A DNA stretch of 64,000 nucleotides from Gammaproteobacteria bacterium (GTDB lineage: Bacteria; Pseudomonadota; Gammaproteobacteria; Steroidobacterales; PWYM01): the NCBI GenBank assembly GCA_003567475.1, contig PWZL01000101.1, positions 5,644 through 69,643 of the forward strand, in the 5' to 3' direction. The notes under the pieces are model-generated. The model saw only the letters and a list, made by a program, of their open reading frames with translations, was not told the origin of the DNA and did not search any database. The first letter of the stretch is position 1. Each line of letters opens with the position of its first letter. A program made the translations under genes and the position numbers. Shown piece after piece: positions 25,139 to 35,593 of the stretch.

Positions 25139-26626
25139 TTGAGCGTGCGTCGCGTGCGCTCGGTGGGGCTCGCCGCCGGCCCTGCCCTGGCCCTGCTGAC
25201 ACTCTGGCTGATGCCCGCGGCCTATGTCGATGCCGTGGGGCAGACCGTCACGCTGCCCTGGACGGGGCGAGTGGCGGCTGCGGCCGCCGTATGGATGGCG
25301 GTGTGGTGGATGACCGAGGCCGTGTCGGTCTATGCCACGGCGCTGCTGCCGCTGGTGCTGTTTCCCGTGCTGGGCGGCATGCCCATGCGCGAGGCGGCGG
25401 CACCCTACGCGCATGAACTGATCTACCTGTTCCTCGGCGGCTTCATGCTGGCCCAGGCACTGCAGAAGTGGAATCTGCACCGCCGACTCGCCTATCTCTC
25501 GCTGCTGCGGGTGGGGACTTCGCCGTCGCGCATCGTGCTCGCCTTCATGCTGATCGCGGCCGCCATCAGCATGTGGGTGACCAATACGGCCACCACCATG
25601 ATGCTGCTGCCGGTCATCCTCAGCGTGATCGCGCTGATGGCCGAGCGCCAGGATGAGGGTCCCGCCACGCGCAACTTTGCGCTCTGCCTGCTGCTAGGCA
25701 CCGCTTATGCCGCCACCATCGGCGGCGTCGGCACTATCATCGGGACCGCGCCCAACGTGTTCGTCGTGTCGTTTCTGCAGTCGCAGTACGATCTGCAGAT
25801 CAGCTTTGTCGGCTGGATGCTGTTTGCCGTGCCGCTGGTCGCGATCTTCCTGCCGTTGTCGTGGTGGGTGCTGACGCGCGTGGTCTATCGCCTGGACGGC
25901 CAGGCGGTAGAGGGCGTCGCGGGCATGGTAGGCGCTGCGCTGCGCGAGATGGGGCCGCTCACCCGCGCGGAACGGCGCGTCGCGATGGTGTTTTTCGTCA
26001 CGGTCACACTGTGGATGACCCGGCCCCTGCTGCAGCCCCTGGCCATTGGCGAGTTCCGCCCGTTGGCCGGTCTCAACGATTCGGCCATCGCCATCGGCGC
26101 CGCGCTGGCCCTGTTCGTGATCGCCGATGGGCGCGGTAGCGGCGGCCGCCTGCTCGACTGGGAATACGCTGGGCGTATTCCCTGGGGCCTGCTGATCCTG
26201 TTCGGCGGCGGCCTGAGTCTGGGTGCAGCGATGGACCGCTACGGCGTCAGTGGATTCATCGGCGCCGCCGCCGCTGGTCTCGGTGGCCTGCCGCTGGTGC
26301 TCATCCTGCTCGGCGTGGTGGCGCTGGTGATCTTTCTCACCGAACTCACCAGCAACACCGCCACCACGGCGACCCTCGTGCCGATTCTTGCCGCCATTGC
26401 GCCGGCGTTCGGCCTGTCGGCCTGGGAGCTGACCGTGCCCGCGGCCATCGCCGCGAGCTTCGCCTTCATGCTGCCGGTGGCCACCCCGCCGAATGCCATC
26501 GTGTTCGGCTCCGGGCAGGTCACCATTGCGCAGATGGCGCGCGCCGGCTTGTGGCTGAATGTGCTCGGGATGGTCACCATCACGGCGGCGGCGATGCTGC
26601 TGATCATCCCCATGCTCGGCCGATGA
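25139..26626 (+). CDS. DASS/SLC13 family anion:sodium symporter
   Basis: Polytopic membrane protein with duplicated SNTAT hairpin motifs (VTNTATTMMLLP and TSNTATTATLVP). The TTG start at 25139 is uncertain; a GTG lies 6 nt downstream. Confidence 0.8.
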   Translation: MSVRRVRSVGLAAGPALALLTLWLMPAAYVDAVGQTVTLPWTGRVAAAAAVWMAVWWMTEAVSVYATALLPLVLFPVLGGMPMREAAAPYAHELIYLFLGGFMLAQALQKWNLHRRLAYLSLLRVGTSPSRIVLAFMLIAAAISMWVTNTATTMMLLPVILSVIALMAERQDEGPATRNFALCLLLGTAYAATIGGVGTIIGTAPNVFVVSFLQSQYDLQISFVGWMLFAVPLVAIFLPLSWWVLTRVVYRLDGQAVEGVAGMVGAALREMGPLTRAERRVAMVFFVTVTLWMTRPLLQPLAIGEFRPLAGLNDSAIAIGAALALFVIADGRGSGGRLLDWEYAGRIPWGLLILFGGGLSLGAAMDRYGVSGFIGAAAAGLGGLPLVLILLGVVALVIFLTELTSNTATTATLVPILAAIAPAFGLSAWELTVPAAIAASFAFMLPVATPPNAIVFGSGQVTIAQMARAGLWLNVLGMVTITAAAMLLIIPMLGR

Positions 26627-26703
26627 GCGCGACGGAAAAAGTCGCCGATGCGGCGTCGAGCCTGTGCTAACGTGATGCCCGCTTTGCGCCTGGGGAGCCC
26701 TGG

Positions 26704-28161
26704 ATGATCGCGCTTGGACTGCTGTCGGCTGCGCTGCTGATGTCGCTCGGCTCGACGGTGGCGACAGCGGAAACCGTCTTCGAGGAGTGCCGGCTGCAGG
26801 CCGGGCCAGGCCACACGACGGTCGGTGCGCACTGCACCCTGATCGCGGTGCCGGTGGACCATGCTGATCCTGAGGGCGAGCGCCTGGAGCTGTTCGTCGC
26901 ACGCGTGCCTGCGCTGACGCCCAATCCGCGTCCGGATCCGTTCACGGTGATTGCCGGCGGACCCGGTCAGGCCTCCAGCGAGTTCTTCGCCGCGCTGGCC
27001 GGCGCCTTCGGCCGAATCCAGCGCGAACGCGACATCGTCGTCATCGACCAGCGCGGCACGGGCCGCAGCCGTCGTCTGGACTGCGAACTGCCCGAAGATC
27101 CGGCTGTCCTGGAGCTCGCCGACGAGTCCCTGCTGCAACGGGTGGCCGACTGCCTCGCCTCGCTTCCGGCCGATCCCAGACACTTCACCACCAGCGCGGC
27201 CGTGCGTGATCTGGACATCGTCCGTGAGCGCCTCGACCTGCCAGCGCTCAACGTGTACGGCGTCTCCTATGGTACCCGGGTCGCGCAGCACTACGCCCGT
27301 CGCTTCCCGGAGCGCACGAGAACGCTCATTCTGGATGCCGTCGTGCCGGCCGACGTGCCGCTCGGTCCCGATATCGCGCCACTGGCCCAACGTAGCCTGG
27401 AGGCCATGTTCGCCCGCTGCGCGACGACCCCGGCCTGCGCCGAGCGCTTCCCGGCGCTGGAGCGCCAGCTCGCCGAACTGCTGCGCAGTCTGGAACAGTC
27501 CCCGGCCACGCTGGTGCTCGCCGATCCGCTGCGCGGCCAGGCCGTCGAGCGCACGCTCACGGCCATGGACGTGCGCGCCACGCTGCGGCTGATGAGCTAT
27601 GCGCCGGAGACCGTGGCGCTGCTGCCGCTGCTCATCAGCCAGGCGGCGGAGGGTCATCTCACGCCGTTGCGGGCCCAGGTCGACATGGTGCTCGGCCAGT
27701 TGGACGAAAGCCTGGCGATGGGCATGCACAACGCGGTCGTGTGCACTGAAGACCTCCCGCGTGTCACGGTGGACGAGGCCCTGCTGGCCCCGTTGCGTGA
27801 GACCTATCTGGGCGATGAGCAGCTGCGAATGCTCGCGCGGATCTGCGACCACTGGCCTGCCGGCCTGCTCGACGATGATCTCCATCAGCCCCTGGCGGGC
27901 GATGTGCCGACGTTGATCCTTTCGGGTGAACTCGATCCGATCACCCCGCCGGAGTATGGCGACCGCGTTCAGGCGGCGCTGACCCGCGCCCTGCACCTCG
28001 TCGGGCCGGGCCAGGGCCATGGCCTGGCGGCCCGCGGTTGCATCCCCAGACTGATGGCCCGCTTCGTCAGCGACGCCGCGCCCGAGTCACTGGACACCGA
28101 CTGCGTGGCCGACCTGGCGCCCGCGCCGTTCTTCCTGGATTTCACCGGCCCCGCACCATGA
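26704..28161 (+). CDS. Secreted alpha/beta hydrolase, S33 / TAP-like peptidase family
   Basis: Signal peptide MIALGLLSAALLMSLGSTVATA, GGPGQASS, DQRGTGRS, nucleophile GVSYG, and a C-terminal TAP-like region. Its stop overlaps the next start (ATGA). Confidence 0.75.
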   Translation: MIALGLLSAALLMSLGSTVATAETVFEECRLQAGPGHTTVGAHCTLIAVPVDHADPEGERLELFVARVPALTPNPRPDPFTVIAGGPGQASSEFFAALAGAFGRIQRERDIVVIDQRGTGRSRRLDCELPEDPAVLELADESLLQRVADCLASLPADPRHFTTSAAVRDLDIVRERLDLPALNVYGVSYGTRVAQHYARRFPERTRTLILDAVVPADVPLGPDIAPLAQRSLEAMFARCATTPACAERFPALERQLAELLRSLEQSPATLVLADPLRGQAVERTLTAMDVRATLRLMSYAPETVALLPLLISQAAEGHLTPLRAQVDMVLGQLDESLAMGMHNAVVCTEDLPRVTVDEALLAPLRETYLGDEQLRMLARICDHWPAGLLDDDLHQPLAGDVPTLILSGELDPITPPEYGDRVQAALTRALHLVGPGQGHGLAARGCIPRLMARFVSDAAPESLDTDCVADLAPAPFFLDFTGPAP

Positions 28162-28889
28162 TCGAAGTCGACGGGATTTCCAAGCGCTTCGGCAAGGTCG
28201 AGGCGGTGCGTTCGGTGAGTTTCGCGGCCGAGGATGGCAGGATCACCGGGTTGCTCGGCCCCAACGGTGCCGGCAAATCCACCACTCTGAGGGTGCTCTA
28301 CACGGTCTTGAAACCCGATGGGGGCCGTGCTCGGATTGGCGGGCGCGACGTCGTCACCGACGCGCTGGCTGTCCGTCGCAGCATGGGTGCCATGCCGCAC
28401 GGCGCGGGCCTCTATCCCCAGCTCACCGCCTGGGAGAATATCGCCTACTACGGGCGGCTGCACGGGCTGGCAGGCCCGGCGCTGGCGCGGCGCATCGACG
28501 ACATCACCCAGCTGCTCAATCTGGGTGAGTTCATCGACCGTCGCACCAAGGGCTTCTCGCAAGGCCAGCGCACCCGGGTGGCACTGGCTCGGGCGCTGGT
28601 GCACGACCCCCAGCATGTGCTGCTCGACGAACCGACCAACGGGCTGGACGTGATGGCGACCCGCGCCCTGCGGCAGCTCATTCTCCGCCTGCGCGACCAG
28701 GGCCGCTGTGTACTGCTGTCAAGCCACGTGATGCAGGAGGTCGCCGCGCTGTGCGACTGCATCGTCATTGTCGCGCACGGCCAGGTCGCCGCCAGCGGGA
28801 CGCCCGACGAACTGCGCCGGCGTTACGCGGAAACCGACCTCGAGGAGGTCTTCGTCCGCGCCATTTCCGGCGTGGGGGAGCGCCCGTGA
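28158..28889 (+). CDS. ABC transporter ATP-binding protein (NatA-like, ABC-2 exporter type)
   Basis: Walker A GPNGAGKST, signature FSQGQRTRV, Walker B VLLDEP. Start at ATG 28158; the track N-terminal extension is Arg-rich. Confidence 0.85.
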   Translation: MIEVDGISKRFGKVEAVRSVSFAAEDGRITGLLGPNGAGKSTTLRVLYTVLKPDGGRARIGGRDVVTDALAVRRSMGAMPHGAGLYPQLTAWENIAYYGRLHGLAGPALARRIDDITQLLNLGEFIDRRTKGFSQGQRTRVALARALVHDPQHVLLDEPTNGLDVMATRALRQLILRLRDQGRCVLLSSHVMQEVAALCDCIVIVAHGQVAASGTPDELRRRYAETDLEEVFVRAISGVGERP

Positions 28890-30064
28890 AGACGCTCTGG
28901 ACGGTGGTCGGCAAGGAGCTGCTCGACAATGCGCGCGACCGCCGTACGCTGGCCTCGGCGTTGCTGTTCGGTCCGTTGTTCGGCCCGCTGCTGTTCGCGG
29001 TGCTGATTTCGGTGGTGATCCAGCAGAGCGTCTCGGACATCGAACGACCCGTATCGCTGCCCGTCATCGGCGCGGAGCACGCGCCGAATCTCATCGGGTT
29101 TCTGGACCGCAACGGCTTCGAGGTCGAGGACTGGTCTGGTGATGCGGCCGACGCCCGCGACGCGGTTCAGGCCGGCCGTGTCGACGTCGTGCTGGTGATC
29201 GATCCGGTCTTCGGCGAGCGTTTCCAGGCCGGCCTTCCGGCCCGCGTGCAGCTCATCCAGGATGCCTCGGCCCAGCGCGCTGCGCGTAACGTCAACCGCG
29301 CCCGTGGCGCGCTGAACGCCTACAGTGCGCAGCTGCGCGCGCTGCGCCTGCAGGCCCGGGGTGTGAGCCCCGACGTCCTGCGCCCGGTGGTGATCGATGA
29401 TGTGGATGTCTCCACGGCTACCGGGCGGGCGGCGCTGCTGCTCGGCATGATCACCTACTTCCTGCTGGCGGCCATGCTCATGGGCGGGCTGTACCTGGCG
29501 ATCGATGCCACCGCGGGCGAGCGCGAACGTGGCAGCCTCGAGCCCCTGCTCACGCTGCCCGTGACCCGTAGTACGCTGCTGGTCGGCAAGATTCTGGCGA
29601 CCTGTTGTTACATGCTGCTGTCGCTGGTGATCACGCTGGTGGCCTTCGCGATCGGTCTGTCGTTCGTCTCCCTGGAAGAGCTCGGCATGAGCGCCAACTT
29701 TGGCCCCCAGGTGGTGGGGCTCGGGTTCCTGCTGATGGCGCCATTCGTGCTGCTCGGTGCGGCGTTGATGACGCTGGTCGCCTCGTTCACCAAGACCTAC
29801 AAGGAGGCGCAGACCTACGTCGGCGTGCTGATCGTGGTGCCGACGCTGCCGATCCTGTTTGCCGCCTTCCTCTCGGTCAAACCGAGCGCTCTGCTGATGG
29901 CCGTCCCCAGCCTCAGCCAGCATCTGCTGATGACCGCGCTGATCCGCAACGAACCGGTGGATCCCGGCCACGCGGCCATCTCGGTGGTCAGCACGCTCGT
30001 CCTGGGCGCGCTCGTCACCTGGCTGGCGACGCTGTTTTATCGTCGCGAAGGATTGATGGGCTGA
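28886..30064 (+). CDS. ABC-2 type transporter permease (NatB-like)
   Basis: GTG at 28886 overlaps the ATPase stop (GTGA). One N-terminal TM segment, a large loop and C-terminal multi-TM segments are typical of NatB-like permeases. Confidence 0.75.
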   Translation: MKTLWTVVGKELLDNARDRRTLASALLFGPLFGPLLFAVLISVVIQQSVSDIERPVSLPVIGAEHAPNLIGFLDRNGFEVEDWSGDAADARDAVQAGRVDVVLVIDPVFGERFQAGLPARVQLIQDASAQRAARNVNRARGALNAYSAQLRALRLQARGVSPDVLRPVVIDDVDVSTATGRAALLLGMITYFLLAAMLMGGLYLAIDATAGERERGSLEPLLTLPVTRSTLLVGKILATCCYMLLSLVITLVAFAIGLSFVSLEELGMSANFGPQVVGLGFLLMAPFVLLGAALMTLVASFTKTYKEAQTYVGVLIVVPTLPILFAAFLSVKPSALLMAVPSLSQHLLMTALIRNEPVDPGHAAISVVSTLVLGALVTWLATLFYRREGLMG

Positions 30065-30104
30065 CCGCGGCCCATGACGGCCGACGTCACCGGAGGTTCA
30101 GACT

Positions 30105-30959
30105 GTGGACACCGCCACCATCAACCAGGTTTTGCTGCCCCTGGGCCTTGGTCTCATCCTGTTCACCATGGGGCTGTCACTGACGCTGGCCGATTTCCGC
30201 CGCGTGCTCGAGGCCCCATGGGCCGTCAGCGTCGGCCTGGTCGGGCAGATCGTGCTGATGCCTCTGCTGGGGCTGGCGTTTCTGTTCGCCTGGCCGCAGG
30301 CCCCCGTGATTGCCGTGGGTTTCATGCTGTTGCTGGCCTGCCCGGGCGGGCCGACCAGCAACTTCCTGACTTACCTCGCCCGGGGCGATACCGCACTGTC
30401 CGTGACGCTCACGGCGATCAGCAGCCTGATCGGGGCGATCACCGTACCCATCGTGGTCAACGTGGGGATCCTGCTGGTGGGCGAGGGCAGCACCCGGGAA
30501 CTTCCCCTGGGCAACACGGTGCTGCGGCTGTTTCTCACCACCACTCTGCCCGTGCTGCTGGGCCTCGCGCTGCGCGAGACGCTGCGCGGTCTGGCCCGGC
30601 GCCTCGAGCCGATCCTCGCGAAAGTCGCCCTGGTCGTGTTCGCGGCGATCGTCCTCTATGCGGCGGTCTCCGCCTGGGCGCTGCTCAGCCAGCAGGTGCT
30701 GGGCCTGCTCGCACCCGTCATCGTCCTGAATCTGCTGGTGATGAGCATGGGCTGGCTGCTGGCCCGCATGGCGCGTCTATCGCCGCCCCGGCGCACGGCG
30801 GTGGCCATGGAGACCGGTCTGCAGAATGCTGCACTGGCCATCTTCGTCGCGTTCAACGTGCTGAACGATCCCGCACTCATCGGCCCGGCGGCGGTGTATT
30901 CCATCTGGATGAACATCGCCGCGCTGGCCTTTGCGTGGTGGATGGCCCGGCGCGCATGA
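30105..30959 (+). CDS. Bile acid:sodium symporter (BASS) family transporter
   Basis: INQVLLPLGLGLILFTMGLSLTLADFRRV and LLLACPGGPTSN are characteristic of BASS/SBF proteins. GTG start. Confidence 0.8.
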   Translation: MDTATINQVLLPLGLGLILFTMGLSLTLADFRRVLEAPWAVSVGLVGQIVLMPLLGLAFLFAWPQAPVIAVGFMLLLACPGGPTSNFLTYLARGDTALSVTLTAISSLIGAITVPIVVNVGILLVGEGSTRELPLGNTVLRLFLTTTLPVLLGLALRETLRGLARRLEPILAKVALVVFAAIVLYAAVSAWALLSQQVLGLLAPVIVLNLLVMSMGWLLARMARLSPPRRTAVAMETGLQNAALAIFVAFNVLNDPALIGPAAVYSIWMNIAALAFAWWMARRA

Positions 30960-30975
30960 CGGGCCCTGTCGCGTG

Positions 30976-31785
30976 TCAGCCGAACGGCCGCCAGAAGATC
31001 GACAGCAGTATCACGCCCAGCACCACGCGATAGACCACGAAAGGCTGCATGCCGATCCGGCGGATGAACGCCAGGAAATAGTGGATGCACAGGTAGGCGC
31101 TGATGCCGGAGACGACCGTCGCCACGCCGAGCATGAGCCAGTCAATGTCGGCAGAAAGGGCCATCAGCGTGCGGGTCTCCAGCGCACCGGCCAGAAAGAT
31201 CACCGGAATCGACAGCAGGAACGCAAACCGCGAGGCGCCTTCGCGGCTCATGCCGACGAACAGCGCCGCGGTCATGGTGATCCCCGAGCGCGAGGTGCCC
31301 GGGATCAGCGCCAACGCCTGGGCCAAGGCAATCACCGCCACCTCGCGCCAGCCGATGTCGTACTCGCTTTTCTTTCCGCGCCAGCGCCATTCGGCCCAGC
31401 CCAGCAGCAGTCCGAAGCCGATCAGCGAAGTGGCCAGCACCACCGGTGAGCGCATCAGCAGTTCGATCTGTTCCCGGAAGGCGAGGCCCGCCAGCCCGAC
31501 CGGAATCGTGCCCAGGCCGACGGCCCACGCCAGCCTCGCATCCGCGGTCAGCCCCCGCCCGCGCAGCGACCCGAGCCAGTCCACGGCCATGCCCGCGAGT
31601 TCCCGGCGGAAGTACCCGACCACCGCCGCCAGGCTGCCCACGTGCAGGGCGACGTCGAAGGCCAGCCCCTGGTCGTCCCAGGGCGTGAGCACCGGCACCA
31701 GGATCAGATGGGCAGCACTGGAGACCGGCAGGAATTCGGTGACTCCCTGCACGATGGCGAGCACGATGGCCTGCAACCAGTCCAT
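30976..31785 (-). CDS. uppP: Undecaprenyl-diphosphate phosphatase
   Basis: MDWLQAIVLAIVQGVTEFLPVSSAAHL and PGTSRSGITMT motifs. Start at ATG 31785 (269 aa). Confidence 0.92.
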   Translation of the reverse strand: MDWLQAIVLAIVQGVTEFLPVSSAAHLILVPVLTPWDDQGLAFDVALHVGSLAAVVGYFRRELAGMAVDWLGSLRGRGLTADARLAWAVGLGTIPVGLAGLAFREQIELLMRSPVVLATSLIGFGLLLGWAEWRWRGKKSEYDIGWREVAVIALAQALALIPGTSRSGITMTAALFVGMSREGASRFAFLLSIPVIFLAGALETRTLMALSADIDWLMLGVATVVSGISAYLCIHYFLAFIRRIGMQPFVVYRVVLGVILLSIFWRPFG

Positions 31786-31907
31786 GGGGGCGGCATTGTA
31801 GGGGAAACCGGGGGGTCTGAATACGACGCAGGTCGCGCCAGGGGACAGGTGCAATGCTAGACTTCCGCGCTTCCTGTCACTGAGACAGCTGCGTGGAGGG
31901 CCCACTC

Positions 31908-33848
31908 ATGGACGGGCACTACGACGTGATTGTGGTGGGCGGTGGACACGCCGGCACCGAGGCCGCGCTGGCCGCGGCCCGGGTCGGTGCGCGCACCCTG
32001 CTGCTGACCCAGAGTCTCGACACCCTGGGCCAGATGAGCTGCAACCCGGCCATCGGCGGCATCGGCAAGGGCCACCTCACCCGCGAGATCGATGCGCTCG
32101 GGGGGGCAATGGCCCGCGCCATCGACGCCGCCGGTATCCAGTTCCGCACCCTGAACGCGAGCAAGGGCCCGGCGGTCCGCGCCACGCGCGCCCAGGCTGA
32201 TCGCGTGCTCTATCGCAACGCCATTCGCGGGATGCTGGAAGACCAGCCGGGGCTCAGCCTGTTCCAGCAGGGGGTGGACGACCTGCGGGTTGTGGACGGG
32301 CGCGTCTGTGGCGTGGTCACGCAGATGGGCCTCGAATTCAGGGCGCCCGCAGTGGTGCTTACCGTCGGCACGTTCCTCGGTGGCCGCCTGCATATCGGCG
32401 AGTCGCAGTCTGCTGGCGGCCGCGCGGGCGACGCGCCGTCGAACCGGCTGGCGGCCCGGCTGCGCGAGCTGCCCTTTCGCGTCGGTCGCCTGAAGACCGG
32501 CACGCCGCCGCGCATTGACGGCCGCACGGTGGATTTCGACCTGCTCGAAGCCCAGCCGGGGGACAGCCCGGTACCGGTGTTTTCGTTCCTGGGGCGGCGC
32601 AGCGAGCACCCGCGGCAGGTGCCCTGCTGGATCACGCGCACCACCGCCGAGACCCACGAGATCATTCGCGCCGCGCTGCACCGCTCGCCCATGGTCACCG
32701 GACAGATCGAGGGCACCGGACCGCGCTACTGCCCGTCGGTCGAGGATAAGGTCCAGCGTTTCGCCGAGCGTCACTCACACCAGATCTTCGTCGAGCCCGA
32801 GGGGCTGTCGACCCGCGAGCTCTACCCCAATGGCATCTCCACCAGCCTGCCCTTCGAGGTGCAGTGCGCGTTCGTCCGCAGTATTCCCGGCTTCGAGCGG
32901 GCGCACATCACCCGGCCCGGATACGCCATCGAATACGACTTCTTCGATCCGCGCGATCTCGCGCCGACGCTGGAGACGCGTTTCATTCGGGGCCTGTATT
33001 TTGCCGGTCAGATCAACGGCACGACCGGGTATGAGGAAGCGGCCGCCCAGGGCCTGCTGGCGGGACTGAACGCGGCCCGGGCGGTCGGCGGCGGCGCGGG
33101 CTGGACACCGGGCCGGGACGAGGCCTACCTGGGCGTGCTGGTCGACGATCTCATCACCCGCGGCACCAGCGAGCCGTATCGCATGTTCACCAGTCGCGCC
33201 GAGCACCGCCTGATGCTGCGCGAGGACAATGCCGATGCCCGCCTGACGCCGCGTGGGCGGGAACTCGGGCTGGTGGACGCGCCGCGCTGGGCGGCGTTTA
33301 CGGCCAAGCAGGCCGCGGTCGACGCCGAAACCTTGCGCTTGCGTGGGCTGCTGCTGCGCCCCGGGGATGTGCCGGCCGACACGCTGCTCGCCCGCGCGCT
33401 CGGCGGCGGGCTGTCGCGTGAGGTCCATGCACTCGAGCTGCTGCGTCGGCCTGGTGTCGCCTACCCGCTGCTCACCGCCCTGCCGGGTGTCGGCGTGCCG
33501 CCGGCGCCCCCCGGGCTGCACGCCGAGGCGGTCGAGCAGATCGGCGAGCAGGTGGAGATCCGGACCCGCTATGAGGGTTACATCGCCCGCCAGCAGGCGG
33601 ACATTGCGCGCAGTCGGCGCCAGCAGGCCACGCCTCTGCCCGCCGATCTCGACTATGCCGACGTTCGCGGTCTGTCCACCGAGGTTCGTGAGAAACTCTC
33701 GACACTGCGGCCGGTCGATATCGGTCAGGCTTCGCGGATCTCGGGAGTGACCCCGGCGGCGATTTCATTGCTGCTGATCCATCTGAAGAAGCGGGCCGGC
33801 CGGCTCGGCCATGAGGTATCGGGGGAAGGTCGTCGGGCGGTGCCGTAA
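31908..33848 (+). CDS. mnmG: tRNA uridine 5-carboxymethylaminomethyl modification enzyme MnmG (GidA)
   Basis: [59 protein letters not shown] at 31908. Confidence 0.97.
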   Translation: MDGHYDVIVVGGGHAGTEAALAAARVGARTLLLTQSLDTLGQMSCNPAIGGIGKGHLTREIDALGGAMARAIDAAGIQFRTLNASKGPAVRATRAQADRVLYRNAIRGMLEDQPGLSLFQQGVDDLRVVDGRVCGVVTQMGLEFRAPAVVLTVGTFLGGRLHIGESQSAGGRAGDAPSNRLAARLRELPFRVGRLKTGTPPRIDGRTVDFDLLEAQPGDSPVPVFSFLGRRSEHPRQVPCWITRTTAETHEIIRAALHRSPMVTGQIEGTGPRYCPSVEDKVQRFAERHSHQIFVEPEGLSTRELYPNGISTSLPFEVQCAFVRSIPGFERAHITRPGYAIEYDFFDPRDLAPTLETRFIRGLYFAGQINGTTGYEEAAAQGLLAGLNAARAVGGGAGWTPGRDEAYLGVLVDDLITRGTSEPYRMFTSRAEHRLMLREDNADARLTPRGRELGLVDAPRWAAFTAKQAAVDAETLRLRGLLLRPGDVPADTLLARALGGGLSREVHALELLRRPGVAYPLLTALPGVGVPPAPPGLHAEAVEQIGEQVEIRTRYEGYIARQQADIARSRRQQATPLPADLDYADVRGLSTEVREKLSTLRPVDIGQASRISGVTPAAISLLLIHLKKRAGRLGHEVSGEGRRAVP

Positions 33849-33924
33849 GTCGCGGGTCGCCTGTGGTAGGGTATTTTCCCCGAGGCCGGTCCCAGCCGGC
33901 GGCGCCACAGCCAGGAGTCAGTGC

Positions 33925-35583
33925 ATGATTGCCCCGTTGCGTGTGTTGCGATGCCTCGCCCTTGTCGCCGTGGCAGTGACCCTGATGGCCGCCTGCGGCA
34001 GCGCGGACGGCCCCGGTGGGCGGGCCGCGGTGCCGATTGGCGGAGAGAGCGGCAGTGAGCTCGCCGAGCGACAGGTGCTGAGGCGGGGCAACGGCGCCGA
34101 GCCTCAGTCCCTGGATCCGCACAAGAGCGAAGGGGTGCCGGAGAGCAATCTGCAGCGCGATCTTTACGAGGGACTCACCTCAAGCGGGGCGGACGGCGAG
34201 ATCGTCCCCGGGGTCGCCGAGTCCTGGGAGATCAGTGAGGACGGACTGCTGTACACCTTCCGTCTGCGCGACAACGCCCGCTGGTCGAACGGCGACCCGG
34301 TCACGGCGGCGGACTTCGAATACAGCCTGCGCCGCTCGGTCGATCCAGCCACGCTTTCGAACTACGGGATCATCCTGCATCCGATTCTGAACGCCGCTGA
34401 CGTCATCGCCGGCGCGCTGCCGCCGGAGGAACTCGGCGTGCGCGCGGTCGATACGCTGACGCTGGAAATCACCTTGGGGGCCCCGACCCCTTACTTCCTC
34501 GGCGTGCTGGCGCATTCCGCGGCCTTCCCGGTTCATCGGGCCACCGTGGAGACCTACGGTGATCGTTGGGCTCGGCCGGGTCGACTGGTGTCCAATGGCG
34601 CATTCCAGCTCGAGGACTGGGTCGTGCAGTCGCATATTCACCTGCTCCGCAACCCGCACTACTGGGATGCCGACACTGTGCGTCTGGATGAGGTCTGGTA
34701 TTACCCCATCGAGAACCAATCGACCGAGCTTCAGCGCTACCGTGCGAACGAGCTCGACATGACCTATGACCTGCCGTTCCGGCAGCTGCGCTGGATCCGT
34801 GACAACCTGCCGGATGAGTTGGTCATCTCCGACTACCTCGGCGTTTATTATTATGGCCTGAACGTCACGCGCGAGCCGTTCCAGGACAACCCGGCGCTGC
34901 GCCAGGCGCTGTATCTGGCGATCAATCGCGAGCGCCTCACCTCACAGGTCACCGGTGCCGGGGAAATCCCTGCCTATGGCTACGTGCCGGCGGTGCGGGG
35001 TTACGTCCAGCAGACGCCGGAATGGGCGACCTGGACGCAGGCCGAGCGCGAGGCCGAGGCCCGGCAGCTTTACGCGGAAGCCGGCTACAGCGTCGAGGAG
35101 CCGCTGCGGCTGCAGATTCTCTACAACACCCATGAGAACCACCGGACGATCGCCGTGGCCATTTCGTCGATGTGGAACGAGGTGCTGGGTATCCAGACGG
35201 AACTGGTCAACGAGGAGTGGAAGGTCTACCTCGAGACGCGCCGGTCCAAACAGACCACCCAGGTGTTCCGTGCCGGCTGGATCGGCGATTACAATGACGC
35301 CTTCTCGTTCGCCGAACTGATGCACTCGACCAGCGCGATGAACGATTCCGGCTGGGACCATGCGCCCTATGACGCGCTGCTCGCGCGTGCCGCCGCCGAG
35401 CGCGATCCGGCCCAGCGCGCCGACTACCTGCAGGCCGCCGAGCGGGAGCTGCTGCGGGAGATGCCGCTGATTCCGGTGTATTTCTACGTGACCAAGCGGG
35501 TGGTGAAGCCCTGGGTCGGCGGTTACCGCCCCCACATCCAGGACTACATCTACTCCCGCGATCTCTACATCCTGAAGCACTGA
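33925..35583 (+). CDS. Peptide ABC transporter substrate-binding lipoprotein (family 5, OppA/DppA-like)
   Basis: AGGAG then ATG at 33925. Lipobox LMAAC. Family-5 SBP body (WSNGDPVTAADF, NPHYWD). Confidence 0.85.
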   Translation: MIAPLRVLRCLALVAVAVTLMAACGSADGPGGRAAVPIGGESGSELAERQVLRRGNGAEPQSLDPHKSEGVPESNLQRDLYEGLTSSGADGEIVPGVAESWEISEDGLLYTFRLRDNARWSNGDPVTAADFEYSLRRSVDPATLSNYGIILHPILNAADVIAGALPPEELGVRAVDTLTLEITLGAPTPYFLGVLAHSAAFPVHRATVETYGDRWARPGRLVSNGAFQLEDWVVQSHIHLLRNPHYWDADTVRLDEVWYYPIENQSTELQRYRANELDMTYDLPFRQLRWIRDNLPDELVISDYLGVYYYGLNVTREPFQDNPALRQALYLAINRERLTSQVTGAGEIPAYGYVPAVRGYVQQTPEWATWTQAEREAEARQLYAEAGYSVEEPLRLQILYNTHENHRTIAVAISSMWNEVLGIQTELVNEEWKVYLETRRSKQTTQVFRAGWIGDYNDAFSFAELMHSTSAMNDSGWDHAPYDALLARAAAERDPAQRADYLQAAERELLREMPLIPVYFYVTKRVVKPWVGGYRPHIQDYIYSRDLYILKH

Positions 35584-35593
35584 GGGACGGCGC

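Noticed and set aside
26239-28020. 593-aa minus-strand ORF
   Set aside because: Antisense to the DASS symporter 3' end and the S33 hydrolase gene. Shadow ORF.
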